A stretch of 43,594 nt of DNA from a bacterium (GCA_030641665.1 DAOWHA010000002.1:1-43594); one strand, 5' to 3'. Shown: positions 7,887 to 18,063, numbered from the stretch's first letter. Notes: generated from the letters alone by a model not told the origin. A program made the numbers and translations.

Positions 7887-10800
7887 TTATCGGCTTATTG
7901 AGGAATAACTTGTTGGAATTACATCAAGATAATTTGAGTTAATTCTCAAAGTTGATGTAATACTGCCGTCATTCCAAATAATAGCGTAATTATCATCTTC
8001 GTTTGCAGCCGATGTTGTCTTAATCAAATGAGCACTTCCAGATTCTGCTTCAGCGCCTGCGTCATCAGACAATCTAGCAATAATAGAATCGTATTGCGCA
8101 GATCCACTTACTGTTCCCTGAATAACATAAGTTACAGTCTGTCCAGCAGGAATAGTATCCACTAACACGCTAGCAGATCCATCGTCTGTCTTTACTAACT
8201 GAACATCAACGGTTTCAGAAGCGCTTGTTCCGCTCCCTACTGTTAATGTTCCAGTCGTAGAAGCATTATCTATCTGGATTACATCTGTTAAAGCGGTGCT
8301 CATATCAGATTTATCATACAATTCTACATTGGTAATCTGCAAATTAGAAGTAGTGGCATTATCAGTTAAAATCATATTGGAGTTAACACCATACAATTTA
8401 ACATCATAACCAGCGTCAGCTGTAATGCTGAATTCTAATAGAGTTTTAGTTCCATCGGTTAAAGTTGCAGAAGCTGGACCGACAAAAGCAATAGTTGGCT
8501 TAGTTCTGAAAATTCTATGATCTGAACCAGTTAAATTGCTATGACCAGTTACTGAACCGCCAGAAGCAGGATTTTCATCAACTCCTGAACCGCTAGTTAC
8601 TCTAAATGTGTCAGTGGAGTTTAACCTTAAATCAATATCTATAGTATTTCCAGCCGTAGCGCCAGTCGTGACACTATTAAGATTTCCTTTTGTGGTTAAT
8701 ACGGCAGTTGCGTCTTTTGAAACATACATAGTCATTCCAGTAAAGGTTACCACATCATTAGCGAAATAACCTGTCTGGGTTCTTGTTCCAGTTTCTGTTG
8801 GGTAAGAAATTTCCAAAGATCCAAAGTTAGCGCCAGCAGTTGTGCTAAATGTTAATTTCTCAACATTAAACGATTCGTATTGTGAAGTGAAATCAAACTT
8901 GCTCATTATATTGCCAGTTGTTGCGGCAACCATTACATCGGCGGCAGGAGTGTCAGCGTTAGCTGTAATAGTCAATGTTCCGCTTGTTAATAAATCAATT
9001 TCAACATCAGAAGCATCGGTTGAAGTTGCAGGAGCAGTATCGTTTAATGTAATGTCAGTGCTATCCCAATCAGCTGAGCCAGTTGTCGCTCCGTCTTCAT
9101 CATAAACAGTTACAGTTGAGCCTTCGCTGTCAGTAGCTGTTACATTAGAAGTTGTATCAAGAGTAGCAGATCCGACTAAATCAAGTTTAACAGCATCAGT
9201 AGCCGCTAAGCTTCCTGAAACATCAATTTTAGCAATAACTTTATAACTATCACCAGCAGCAATATCAATATCCAAACCATCAAATTGAACACTTGCAGTT
9301 TTTCCAGTAGCAGCCGTTAAACTCTTCTTTACTCCACCAGTTAAAAGAACATCGCTTTGATCATACAAAGCAACAGCGCCAATAACATCTTCGGCTTCAC
9401 CAACAAGAGCAGTAGCTAATAAAGTTATAGAACTAATATTTACATCGTCCGCTCCGCCAGCTGTGAATATAATACCTAATGCTTCAACATCAGTAGCGCC
9501 TTTCACAGCGTCGGTAGACGCAGGTGTAGCAGCTAAAGCTGTTTTCAACAAAGGCGTAGCAACTGTCATTCTTTCACCAATAATGTGAGTTGATGGAACC
9601 ATAGTAGTAACACTATTACCTTCGGAATCTTCAATAACAGGTGCAACACAAGTTGCGCCATTTGAATCTCCTGCGGCAGTAGCAACATCAAGTTCAAACC
9701 AATTTCCAGAAACTGCATCACTATGAACATCAGCAGTAACCGCTAAACTTAATGTCTCTCCCGCGTTAACTTCAAAGTCATCGCTAAAATCTATTTTAAC
9801 ATAAGCAAGACTTGCATGAGTAGCATCATGCGGACCACTTAAGGTGGCGCCGGTAGAAACATTCTTAATTCTAATGTCATCAAGTAAATTCAATGCTGTA
9901 TAACTATTTGCCAATACGGCTAAATCCAAATCTTTAATAGTAATGTCGCTAACAGAAGTGATTGCGAAATTCAATAAAACAACATCATTTCCGCCATCTT
10001 TAATATCGCTAGCTACAGGGCCATTATCAGCGAAAGTAACATCTCCGCCTTGAACAGTTACAGCGTCGCCTACTCCCTTAGAATCAATAACTCTTAATCC
10101 ATAGCCGAAAGTACCACCAACGGCGTAAACATCAACTGATTCATAAACATCTAAACTAATAGTATTAGTTGGAGTAACTTTAGCACCGATATCACATTTA
10201 ATATCAAAATGCTTAGTTAAACCATCGTCAATGGTATAAGGCGAATTAAATTCAAATGATACATATTTTCCATCTTTAATTCCGTCTGCAACCTTAGTAT
10301 TAGCTTGATACATTTCAAAATTATCCAAATAAGCCATATCAGCAGTTCCAACCTGTTTCATCATTATTCTGTAAATAGTTGCTTTTTCAGTATTAGCCTG
10401 AATTGAAAACTTTTCAACTATAACTCCTTGATCGCCTAATGTTGGATTTGAAGCTGAACTTCCAGCTTGTAAAGTAACATTACCCTCAGTTTGTGCTGAA
10501 TAACTCATTGTATTTCCTGAAACAGGAAAAGAACCATTAATAGCAGCTCCGTCAGCTACAATATCAGAAGCAGCAGCGATTTTAAGCGCATGGTTTCCAG
10601 AAACTCCATCAGCACCCATTCCCCAAATGCTTAAAACTTTAGTAGAACCTTCTGGAATTTCGTAATTGATATTATTAAATTCAGCTATATTATCAGATGA
10701 ACTAATAGACTTACTTGATGTTAATCTATTTATTCCTTCATATAAATAAACTGAACTAATATCAGAAGCACTACCAACACCCTGTCTTGTTATTTTAATG

Positions 10801-11627
10801 CTCTGAATAGTCACAGCTCCATCACTTGAAGCAGTGAAACTATATTTTGCAAATTCAGCAAATGACCGATCAACAATAATTGCACTTCCAGGAGTGTCGC
10901 TCGCTAAAGCAACAGTTAATCCTGTTCCAGCAGTTGGAGTAGTTGAAGCTCCGCCGTCTACATTTGCGGAATCTTCTTTTGCTATAACACCTGAACCATC
11001 AGAATAGGTTAAAGTGTCAGCGATAGTAGTAATATCAGCATCCTTAAAACGGTTAGCAGTAAAAGCATCGCCAGTAATAGCGCGCTTTAAACCGCCCTCA
11101 ATTAAATAAACCGTAGAAGCGCCAGTATACTTTACTAAAGCGCCATCAGGATGAACATCGCTTGAAACAGCGTCGCCAGCAGAATAATTAACCCAAAAAG
11201 ACTCTGGGATATCAATAATTCTTGAAGCCCAGTCAGCACCATATAAAGTTACAGCGCGAGTCTCTGAATCAACATGCTGTAAAACTCCTCCAGTGGAGAC
11301 AGCATAAGTTTTAGGGTCAGTATCAATTTTCACTAACTTAGTGCCGGGGCGAACAGTTGCGTTGCCGCCAATTGAAATAGCAGCTAACTCAGCGTCTGTA
11401 ATAGTTTTAACAGCAGAAAAGTCGCCATACCAAGACATATAAGTTGACTCAGTAGGGAAAACATATCTCTTGCCGTCATCACCGTAATAATATACAGCCG
11501 CTCCGCTTGCCTTAATCAAATCGCCAGCAGATAAAGTAGCTGCAAAAGCAACTCCCATAGCCGCGAAACCGAATGACCAGCACACGATTGCGAAAATCAT
11601 TGAACTGACAAAAATTTTCTTAAACAT
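7887..11627 (-). CDS. S-layer-like secreted protein (1246 aa)
   Basis: Signal peptide; N-terminal GDLIKASG..VYY..DGKRYVFP domain; A/T/S/D/G-rich beta-sandwich-like repeats. Confidence 0.75.
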   Translation of the reverse strand: MFKKIFVSSMIFAIVCWSFGFAAMGVAFAATLSAGDLIKASGAAVYYYGDDGKRYVFPTESTYMSWYGDFSAVKTITDAELAAISIGGNATVRPGTKLVKIDTDPKTYAVSTGGVLQHVDSETRAVTLYGADWASRIIDIPESFWVNYSAGDAVSSDVHPDGALVKYTGASTVYLIEGGLKRAITGDAFTANRFKDADITTIADTLTYSDGSGVIAKEDSANVDGGASTTPTAGTGLTVALASDTPGSAIIVDRSFAEFAKYSFTASSDGAVTIQSIKITRQGVGSASDISSVYLYEGINRLTSSKSISSSDNIAEFNNINYEIPEGSTKVLSIWGMGADGVSGNHALKIAAASDIVADGAAINGSFPVSGNTMSYSAQTEGNVTLQAGSSASNPTLGDQGVIVEKFSIQANTEKATIYRIMMKQVGTADMAYLDNFEMYQANTKVADGIKDGKYVSFEFNSPYTIDDGLTKHFDIKCDIGAKVTPTNTISLDVYESVDVYAVGGTFGYGLRVIDSKGVGDAVTVQGGDVTFADNGPVASDIKDGGNDVVLLNFAITSVSDITIKDLDLAVLANSYTALNLLDDIRIKNVSTGATLSGPHDATHASLAYVKIDFSDDFEVNAGETLSLAVTADVHSDAVSGNWFELDVATAAGDSNGATCVAPVIEDSEGNSVTTMVPSTHIIGERMTVATPLLKTALAATPASTDAVKGATDVEALGIIFTAGGADDVNISSITLLATALVGEAEDVIGAVALYDQSDVLLTGGVKKSLTAATGKTASVQFDGLDIDIAAGDSYKVIAKIDVSGSLAATDAVKLDLVGSATLDTTSNVTATDSEGSTVTVYDEDGATTGSADWDSTDITLNDTAPATSTDASDVEIDLLTSGTLTITANADTPAADVMVAATTGNIMSKFDFTSQYESFNVEKLTFSTTAGANFGSLEISYPTETGTRTQTGYFANDVVTFTGMTMYVSKDATAVLTTKGNLNSVTTGATAGNTIDIDLRLNSTDTFRVTSGSGVDENPASGGSVTGHSNLTGSDHRIFRTKPTIAFVGPASATLTDGTKTLLEFSITADAGYDVKLYGVNSNMILTDNATTSNLQITNVELYDKSDMSTALTDVIQIDNASTTGTLTVGSGTSASETVDVQLVKTDDGSASVLVDTIPAGQTVTYVIQGTVSGSAQYDSIIARLSDDAGAEAESGSAHLIKTTSAANEDDNYAIIWNDGSITSTLRINSNYLDVIPTSYSSISR

Positions 11628-11776
11628 AAATTAAATTTCTATTTGCCAATCATCTGTAGTCACTTTAATAGACAAGTCTATTAAGTAATTAACTGTTGAT
11701 TGACTTAAAATATTTAAATCCACTTCCGGCATTTCTGCCTCGACCTTTACGGGAAAGCGGTGATTTAATAAAATTA

Positions 11777-12304
11777 CAAAGATACAAGGATACAAGAAAC
11801 AAGGATATCACCCTAACGGGTGACCACCCGTTAGGGTGGCAAACAAATTTCAAATAACAAACAATCTTTTAATTATTATTCTTTTTTATAGTTTTACTGA
11901 TTATTGCTGATAAAATATTCTTTAATTCTCTTGCTTCTTGTTTTATTTCTTCCATTCTTGACTTTAATTCAGGATTGGCTTCTTCGATTAATTCTAACCA
12001 GTGTATTGTTTCTTTTGCTTCTTTTCTTGATATTTTTAATCTATGGATAAAATCTTTTTTGCCAAGAGCATCATTTGCTTCGCGATAATTAGCTCCAACC
12101 GAACCAGCCGATCCAACAATTTGTCCAATAAGACGATTATTCATTGAATTTCTCTGTAATACTTTACATAATCGTATTACTCGTTTGGCGAATTCCGTTG
12201 TTCTATTCTCTAAATCGTATTTTGGCTTATCCATACTATTTTGAATTTGTGATTTGATTATTGTGATTTGTTTGTTTCCTTGTTTCTTGTCTCTTGTTAT
12301 CTTG
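11777..12304. repeat. Inverted arms of degenerate 7-mer repeats enclosing the four-helix-bundle gene
   Basis: ACAAGAAACAAGGA 11792-11805 is the reverse complement of 12277-12290; CAAACAAAT 11840-11848 is the reverse complement of 12266-12274. Confidence 0.8.
11869..12234 (-). CDS. Four-helix-bundle protein (23S rRNA IVP-like family)
   Basis: YDLENRT.EFAKRVI, QIVGSAGSVGANYREA, F.HRLKISRKEAKET.HWL. Confidence 0.9.
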   Translation of the reverse strand: MDKPKYDLENRTTEFAKRVIRLCKVLQRNSMNNRLIGQIVGSAGSVGANYREANDALGKKDFIHRLKISRKEAKETIHWLELIEEANPELKSRMEEIKQEARELKNILSAIISKTIKKNNN

Positions 12305-12307
12305 TTT

Positions 12308-13354
12308 TTATTCTATCTCTTCTGTTGTTGTCGCAATATCTTCTACGGTTGTAGTTGCAACTTCTTCTTCTGCCACAACTTCTTCTCCTAAAACCTTGCC
12401 AGTCGTTGTCGCGGCATCTTCTTTAATAATTTCTGTTTCAGAACTGGTCGTCGCCATTATTTCGCATATTTCGCCTAAACAATCAGTTATATCGCTGTCT
12501 GAGTCGCTATCCTCGCTATCTAAAATCTCCGCGCTCTCTTTTACCATTATTAAAGCCGCCACAAGGCGGTTGTCAGCCAAGCTCTCTTTTGCTTCATCTA
12601 ATTTAACAAGAGCCTCTTCTCCTATTTCACCTTTTTCTTCAGCTTTTTGAACAGCTTGCTCTATTTTCACTCCTACTTTTTCAGCTACTTCCTTGTCCGC
12701 GCTGTCCGCAGCCATCACCTCTAAAGCGCTGAAATTAACTTTATCAACAACTGCTATCGCTTTTTTTATATCTGTTTTAGCGCCTTTTTTCGCTAATTTT
12801 TTTTCTGTTTTATTAAGAATAACTTGGAAATCGTCTGTTTTGTCTTCAATCTTTTTCGCATGCTCAGGGCTGATATTCTCTTCTACAGTAGTAAAATCTT
12901 TATGAAAATTCTCCAAAGCCAGCTTTATCCTGTCATCGCGCTCAACTGACACCGCGTTATTCAATTCTTGTATTCTTTTATCAATTATCTCCAATCGCAG
13001 ATCTGATTTTTTTTCTTGGTTCACAACCAAAGCGATCTGCAATTTTTCACTGCCTCTTTTTAAAGCATAGAAAAAATCCCCAGGCATGCTGGAATCTGCC
13101 TTAACTTTCATAACCCCTCCGCCGCCGACTAATAAAAAAACAATGATCAGAGTGCCGATCGGCTCTCTTGCAAAAGAATGAATATCGCTGAAAAAAGATT
13201 TTGTTAAATATAAAAATTCAGCCCATCGATTAAACTTGATAGGAGACTCTTCGTTCGCGATGCGAGCCAAAAGTTCCTTTTTAGTTCTCTCTTTCCACTG
13301 TGTGGAAGGCTGAATTTTATCCAATTTATTCAATTGTTTGATTAGATTTTTCAT
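12308..13354 (-). CDS. DUF5667-domain membrane protein (anti-sigma-like)
   Basis: Single TM helix followed by SMPGDFFYALKRGSEKLQ; acidic Thr-rich tail. Confidence 0.75.
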   Translation of the reverse strand: MKNLIKQLNKLDKIQPSTQWKERTKKELLARIANEESPIKFNRWAEFLYLTKSFFSDIHSFAREPIGTLIIVFLLVGGGGVMKVKADSSMPGDFFYALKRGSEKLQIALVVNQEKKSDLRLEIIDKRIQELNNAVSVERDDRIKLALENFHKDFTTVEENISPEHAKKIEDKTDDFQVILNKTEKKLAKKGAKTDIKKAIAVVDKVNFSALEVMAADSADKEVAEKVGVKIEQAVQKAEEKGEIGEEALVKLDEAKESLADNRLVAALIMVKESAEILDSEDSDSDSDITDCLGEICEIMATTSSETEIIKEDAATTTGKVLGEEVVAEEEVATTTVEDIATTTEEIE

Positions 13355-13401
13355 GACTGTATAAATTTTGTGTTCAATAAATTTTATACTTCTATAATAG
13401 A

Positions 13402-13428
13402 AGACGACAAAGACGGGAAAGTGTTACA
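13402..13428 (-). promoter_or_regulatory. ECF-sigma-type promoter
   Basis: TGTAAC-16 nt-CGTCT on the minus strand, about 48 nt upstream of the DUF5667 start. Confidence 0.55.
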
Positions 13429-13457
13429 CCTATATAATTTTAACTTTAAAATTCCAT

Positions 13458-13678
13458 GTCTTTGCGAGGAATGAAGTGCAGCGATAGCGGAACGAAATGA
13501 CGAAGCCACACCTAACGGGTGGTCACCCGATAGGGCGACAATCTCATTACTGGACGAAAAAAATCTTTAATTATAATTCTATTCACTCAGTAATGAGATT
13601 GCTTCATCGCTCTCTCTTCCCCGCCTAAATTTTTGTTTCACAAAAACTTAGGCGGGTCGTTCGGCTCCTCGCAAAGAC
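13458..13678. repeat. Palindromic REP/RPE-like element, copy A (two nested inserts)
   Basis: GTCTTTGCGAGGA...GAAGC..CAATCTC-loop-GAGATTGCTTC...TCCTCGCAAAGAC. Confidence 0.9.
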
Positions 13679-13752
13679 AGGAGGGTTAAAATTTAGCAAA
13701 TAATTTAAAATTTAATAATTGATTGTCAAGTTGGTAATTGCAAATTGCAAAT

Positions 13753-14928
13753 TTATATTTTTATTCCTTTCGCTATCTTTCTAATTTTCTCAACTATCGG
13801 CGGCAAAACTTTCAATAAATAATCAATCTCTTTCTTTGTTGTCTGCCTGCCTATAGTTACGCGCAAACTGCTATGGGCTGAAATATGCGGCAAGCCGATC
13901 GCCAATAATACATGCGACGGATACAGATCGCCTGAAGCGCAAGCCGATCCTGTTGAAACGGCTATCCCTTTCGCTTTAAGCGACATTAAAACGCTTTCGC
14001 CTTCGGCTTTTTTAAAACTGAAGTTAATATTATTTTGCAAACGATTTTTTCTGTCTCCGTTTAATCTCGCCGCAGGAATTTTTTTTAAAATATTATCAAT
14101 CAGATAGTCGCTTAACCTCTCAATTTCGCTGTTTTTCTGTTGATATTTTCCAATCAATTCAATCGCTTTGCCAAGCCCGGCAATAGCGGGAACATTCAGC
14201 GTGCCGGCGCGCAGCCCTTTTTCCTGATGCCCGCCATGCATAAAAGGGGTTATCGGCGTCCCTTTTCTGACATATAAAACCCCGATGCCTTTGGGACCGT
14301 AAATTTTATGCCCTGACAGCGAAAGCAGGTCGATATTCAATTTTTCAACATCGCAATCTAAATAATTAACCGCTTGCGCCGCGTCAGTGTGAAAAAACGG
14401 AAAAATTCGCTTATTTTGCTTTCTAATTTTTTTAATCATCCTGCCTATTTTGCCAATCGGCTGAATTGTCCCGATTTCGTTATTGGCATACATTACGGAT
14501 ACTAAAATAGTCTTTTTAGTAATTGCTTTTTCTATATCGCTGATTTTCACAATTCCATTTTTTAACGGCTTAATATAAGTTATTTTAAATCCCTGTTTTG
14601 CCAAATATTCCGCTGTCGCTAAAATGCACGGATGCTCAATTTCGGTTGTGATAATATGATTGCCGCGCCTTTTTAGCGCTTGCGCGACGCCTTTTAACGC
14701 CCAATTATTGCTTTCCGTGGCTCCGCTTGTAAAAAAAACCTCTTTGCAATCGCAATTTAAAAAAGCGGCGGCCTGTTTTCTTGCTTTGCGGATGCCCTGT
14801 TTTGCTTCCTGTCCGAAACTATGCAGAGAGTTCGGATTGCCGAATTTTTCGCAAAAATAAGGCAGCATCTCCTTTAAAACCTTTTTGTCGCACGGCGTAG
14901 TAGCCGCGTTGTCTAAATATATAGTCAT
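13753..14928 (-). CDS. iscS: Cysteine desulfurase (IscS/NifS)
   Basis: IYLDNAATT, HTDAAQA, SGHKIYGPKG (PLP lysine), STGSAC (catalytic Cys). Confidence 0.95.
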   Translation of the reverse strand: MTIYLDNAATTPCDKKVLKEMLPYFCEKFGNPNSLHSFGQEAKQGIRKARKQAAAFLNCDCKEVFFTSGATESNNWALKGVAQALKRRGNHIITTEIEHPCILATAEYLAKQGFKITYIKPLKNGIVKISDIEKAITKKTILVSVMYANNEIGTIQPIGKIGRMIKKIRKQNKRIFPFFHTDAAQAVNYLDCDVEKLNIDLLSLSGHKIYGPKGIGVLYVRKGTPITPFMHGGHQEKGLRAGTLNVPAIAGLGKAIELIGKYQQKNSEIERLSDYLIDNILKKIPAARLNGDRKNRLQNNINFSFKKAEGESVLMSLKAKGIAVSTGSACASGDLYPSHVLLAIGLPHISAHSSLRVTIGRQTTKKEIDYLLKVLPPIVEKIRKIAKGIKI

Positions 14929-14963
14929 AAATTTACAATTTCAAATTTCAAATTTCAAATTTT

Positions 14964-16574
14964 TTATTTTTGCTCTTTCCTGTATTTTTCCAAAAACGGT
15001 GTTAATTTTCTTTTTGGAATTTTTATGTTTTTTAATCTCTCTTTAATCTCTTTGTCGCTTAATTGAACGCTTAATTTTCTGTTCGGAATATCTATCTCTA
15101 TTATATCGCCGTCCTGAATAATGCCGATCGCGCCGCCTTTATGCGCTTCTGGCTCAATATGCCCGACGCAAGCGCCGCGGGTTCCGCCTGAAAATCTTCC
15201 GTCTGTCAATAGCGCTGTTTTAATCCCAGCGCCTGAAATCGCCGCGGTTGGCGTGAGCATTTCTGGCATTCCAGGAGCGCCGGCAGGACCCATAAAATTT
15301 ATTACAACAACATCGCCATCTTTGATAATTCTATTTTTTACGGCATCTAAAACGGCTTTTTCCGAATTAAAAACTTTAGCTGGACCTGTAAATTCCATCA
15401 TATCTTGCTCAACTGCTGTTTGTTTTATTACTGACGCTTCAGCAATATTCCCTTTTAAAACAGCGATTCCTCCCTCTTTATAAAACGGATTATCAAGCGG
15501 CTTGATAACTTCATCGTCTAAAACTTCTGCTGATTCCGCGATCTCTTTAATATTTTTATTATTTACTGTTAATGAGTCTTTTAAAAATTCTTTTAACCTA
15601 TGTAAAACCGCCGGAATTCCACCCGCTTTGTCCAAATCTTCCATAAAATACGGTCCTGACGGGCGAATATGGCAGATATTCGGAATTTTGCGCGCTAAAT
15701 TGTCAAATAAGCTTAAATGCAAATCAATTCCAGCTTCTTCCGCAATCGCTGGCAAATGCAACGCGGTGTTTGTTGATCCGCCTATCGCCATATCAACCAA
15801 AACTGCGTTATAAAAAGCGCTTTTTGCCATTATATCTCTCGGTTTGATATTTTCTTTTGCTAATTCAACCGCGCGCCTGCCTGTCTGATATGCCTGTTCT
15901 AATTTTTTATCATCAACAGCTAAGGTTGCGGCGCAGTTAGTTAATGACATTCCTAATGTCTCGGCCATACAAGCCATTGAATTGGCGGTAAAAAGCCCGG
16001 CGCAGCTGCCAGCCCCGGGACAAGAAGCGCATTCAATCTTTTTTGCCTCTTCTTCTGAAATTTTACCGGCGCGCAGCTGCCCGACTGCTTCAAAATCTGA
16101 AATTATATCCATTTTTTTATCGCCTTCGACGCCAGCTTTCATCGGACCGCCAGTCAAAATAATCGCTGGCAAATTCAATCTTCCTGCCGCCATCAGCATC
16201 CCTGGGGTAATTTTATCGCAATTTGTCACGCCGACCCATCCGTCTAAAGAATGCGAAAGCGCCATTATTTCAATATTGTCCGCGATATGATCGCGGCTTG
16301 GCAAAGAGAGCCGCATTTCAACAAACATCGCGATTCCGTCGCAAACGCCAGGGACGCCCCATTCCAATGGAACTCCGCCAGCGTCCTTAATTCCTCTTTT
16401 AACCTCTTTGGTCAGTCTGTTTAGATGAATATGCCCAGGAACAATGTCGTTAAACGAATTTGCCACGCCGATAAACGGCTTTTCAAAATCCTCGTCTGTC
16501 AATCCGCTTGCTCTTAAAAGCGCGCGATGAGGCATTGTCTCAACCCCTTTTTTTAATTTTTCAGATGGAAACAT
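14964..16574 (-). CDS. ilvD: Dihydroxy-acid dehydratase
   Basis: PGHIHL, VCDGIAM, NCDKITPGM, GGSTNTALHL, LTDGRFSGGTRG; start trimmed to ATG 16574 because the longer ORF runs into repeat copy B. Confidence 0.95.
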   Translation of the reverse strand: MFPSEKLKKGVETMPHRALLRASGLTDEDFEKPFIGVANSFNDIVPGHIHLNRLTKEVKRGIKDAGGVPLEWGVPGVCDGIAMFVEMRLSLPSRDHIADNIEIMALSHSLDGWVGVTNCDKITPGMLMAAGRLNLPAIILTGGPMKAGVEGDKKMDIISDFEAVGQLRAGKISEEEAKKIECASCPGAGSCAGLFTANSMACMAETLGMSLTNCAATLAVDDKKLEQAYQTGRRAVELAKENIKPRDIMAKSAFYNAVLVDMAIGGSTNTALHLPAIAEEAGIDLHLSLFDNLARKIPNICHIRPSGPYFMEDLDKAGGIPAVLHRLKEFLKDSLTVNNKNIKEIAESAEVLDDEVIKPLDNPFYKEGGIAVLKGNIAEASVIKQTAVEQDMMEFTGPAKVFNSEKAVLDAVKNRIIKDGDVVVINFMGPAGAPGMPEMLTPTAAISGAGIKTALLTDGRFSGGTRGACVGHIEPEAHKGGAIGIIQDGDIIEIDIPNRKLSVQLSDKEIKERLKNIKIPKRKLTPFLEKYRKEQK

Positions 16575-16630
16575 AAAAATAAATTTAAAAAGTAAAAACG
16601 AAAAAGTAAAAACGATATTTTTTACTTTCT

Positions 16631-16768
16631 GTCTTTGCGAGGAGTGAATGGAGCGATAGCGGAATGAGCGACGAAGCAATCCCATTACTGGACGAAAAAA
16701 TCTTTAATTATAACTCTATTCGCTCAGTAATGAGATTGCTTCGTCGGCTGTCGCCTCCTCGCAAAGAC
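16631..16768. repeat. Palindromic REP/RPE-like element, copy B
   Basis: Same termini GTCTTTGCGAGGAG/CTCCTCGCAAAGAC; loop nearly identical to copy A. Confidence 0.9.
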
Positions 16769-16850
16769 AGTGGCGGAAAATTTCTCGCAAAAACAAATAG
16801 AAAATAATTTTTATTTTTTAGTTGTCGTTTTTATTTTTTCATTTTTCATT

Positions 16851-17864
16851 TTAAATTATCGTTGTCCAGCTAAATTTATCATCTTCATCTCCGTATTGAA
16901 TCGCGTGCAGCCTGTTGTATAATTTAGTGGAAATCGGTCCGGGTTTGCCGTCTTTGCAAAATTCATAGGTTTTTCCTGTTCCGTTGTCAACGATTTTTTT
17001 AATCGGACTGATCACCGCGGCTGTTCCGCAAGACCCTGCTTCGTCAAATTCAGCCAATTCTTCAACTCTAATTTTCCGCTGTTCAACTTTCATTCCCATA
17101 TTTTCGGATAGCCGCATTAAACTTTTATTAGTAATAGACGCTAAAATAGACTTTGATTTCGGCGTAATATATGTATTGCCTTTTATCGCGAAAAAATTCG
17201 CCGGACCGCATTCGTCAATATATTTTTTCTCTTTCGGATCAAGAAACATCACGGAATGATAACCCTGTTTTTCCGCTTTAATCAAGGACTTAAAACTCGC
17301 GGCATAATTTCCGCCTGCTTTAATATGCCCTACGCCCAGAGGCGCGGCTCGGTCGCGGTCGCGGTCAATTAAAATATCTATCGGATTAAACCCGAGCAGA
17401 TAAGGTCCGACAGGATTTACAAAGACTAAAAATAAGTATTCTTTTGTCGGGTGCAGCCCGAGCTGCGCGCCACTCCCGATTAAAAGCGGACGAATATATA
17501 AAGACGCGCCAGAATTATAAGGCGGAATAAATTTTTTATTCAACTCAATCGCGCTAAAAACCGCTTGTTTAAAAATCTCGCGCGGAATTTCTGGCATAAA
17601 AATTTCTTCAGCTGAGCGATTTAGTCTTTTCGCGTTCTCTTCCCAGCGGAATATTCTTATTTTTCCGTCTTTTCCGCAAAACGCTTTCATTCCTTCAAAC
17701 GCCTCCTGCCCGTAATGCAAACACCCTGCCGCGATATGCATTTGCAGATATTCAGAATCTGATTTTTCAATCTTGCCCCATTTGCCATCCTTAAAATAAC
17801 AGCGGATGTTATAATCTGTTTTATGGTAAGCAAACGGCAAATTTTCCCAATCTAAATTCGGCAT
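16851..17864 (-). CDS. ilvE: Branched-chain amino acid aminotransferase
   Basis: LHYGQEAFEGMKA, LYIRPLLIG, KAGGNYAAS, ECGPANFF, CGTAAVISP. Confidence 0.95.
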   Translation of the reverse strand: MPNLDWENLPFAYHKTDYNIRCYFKDGKWGKIEKSDSEYLQMHIAAGCLHYGQEAFEGMKAFCGKDGKIRIFRWEENAKRLNRSAEEIFMPEIPREIFKQAVFSAIELNKKFIPPYNSGASLYIRPLLIGSGAQLGLHPTKEYLFLVFVNPVGPYLLGFNPIDILIDRDRDRAAPLGVGHIKAGGNYAASFKSLIKAEKQGYHSVMFLDPKEKKYIDECGPANFFAIKGNTYITPKSKSILASITNKSLMRLSENMGMKVEQRKIRVEELAEFDEAGSCGTAAVISPIKKIVDNGTGKTYEFCKDGKPGPISTKLYNRLHAIQYGDEDDKFSWTTII

Positions 17865-17904
17865 AATATAAAATTATCTTGAATTATAAAATAAAAATTC
17901 CGCT

Positions 17905-18063
17905 GTCTTTGCGAGGAATGAAGTGGAGCGATAGCGGAACGAAATGACGAAGCAATCTCATTACTAACCTCACAAACGATAAGTCATAAATGGTTTATTC
18001 GCTCAGTAATGAGATTGCTTCGTCGCTCTCTCTCACTGCGTTCATTCGGCTCCTCGCAAAGAC
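17905..18063. repeat. Palindromic REP/RPE-like element, copy C (in the ilvE 5' region)
   Basis: Same termini and inner GAAGCAATCTC/GAGATTGCTTC arms. Confidence 0.9.

Noticed and set aside
11869-12234. Diversity-generating retroelement Avd
   Set aside because: No reverse transcriptase and no TR/VR pair with A-specific mismatches in the window
16575-16685. N-terminal extension of IlvD
   Set aside because: Read-through of repeat copy B; no IlvD similarity
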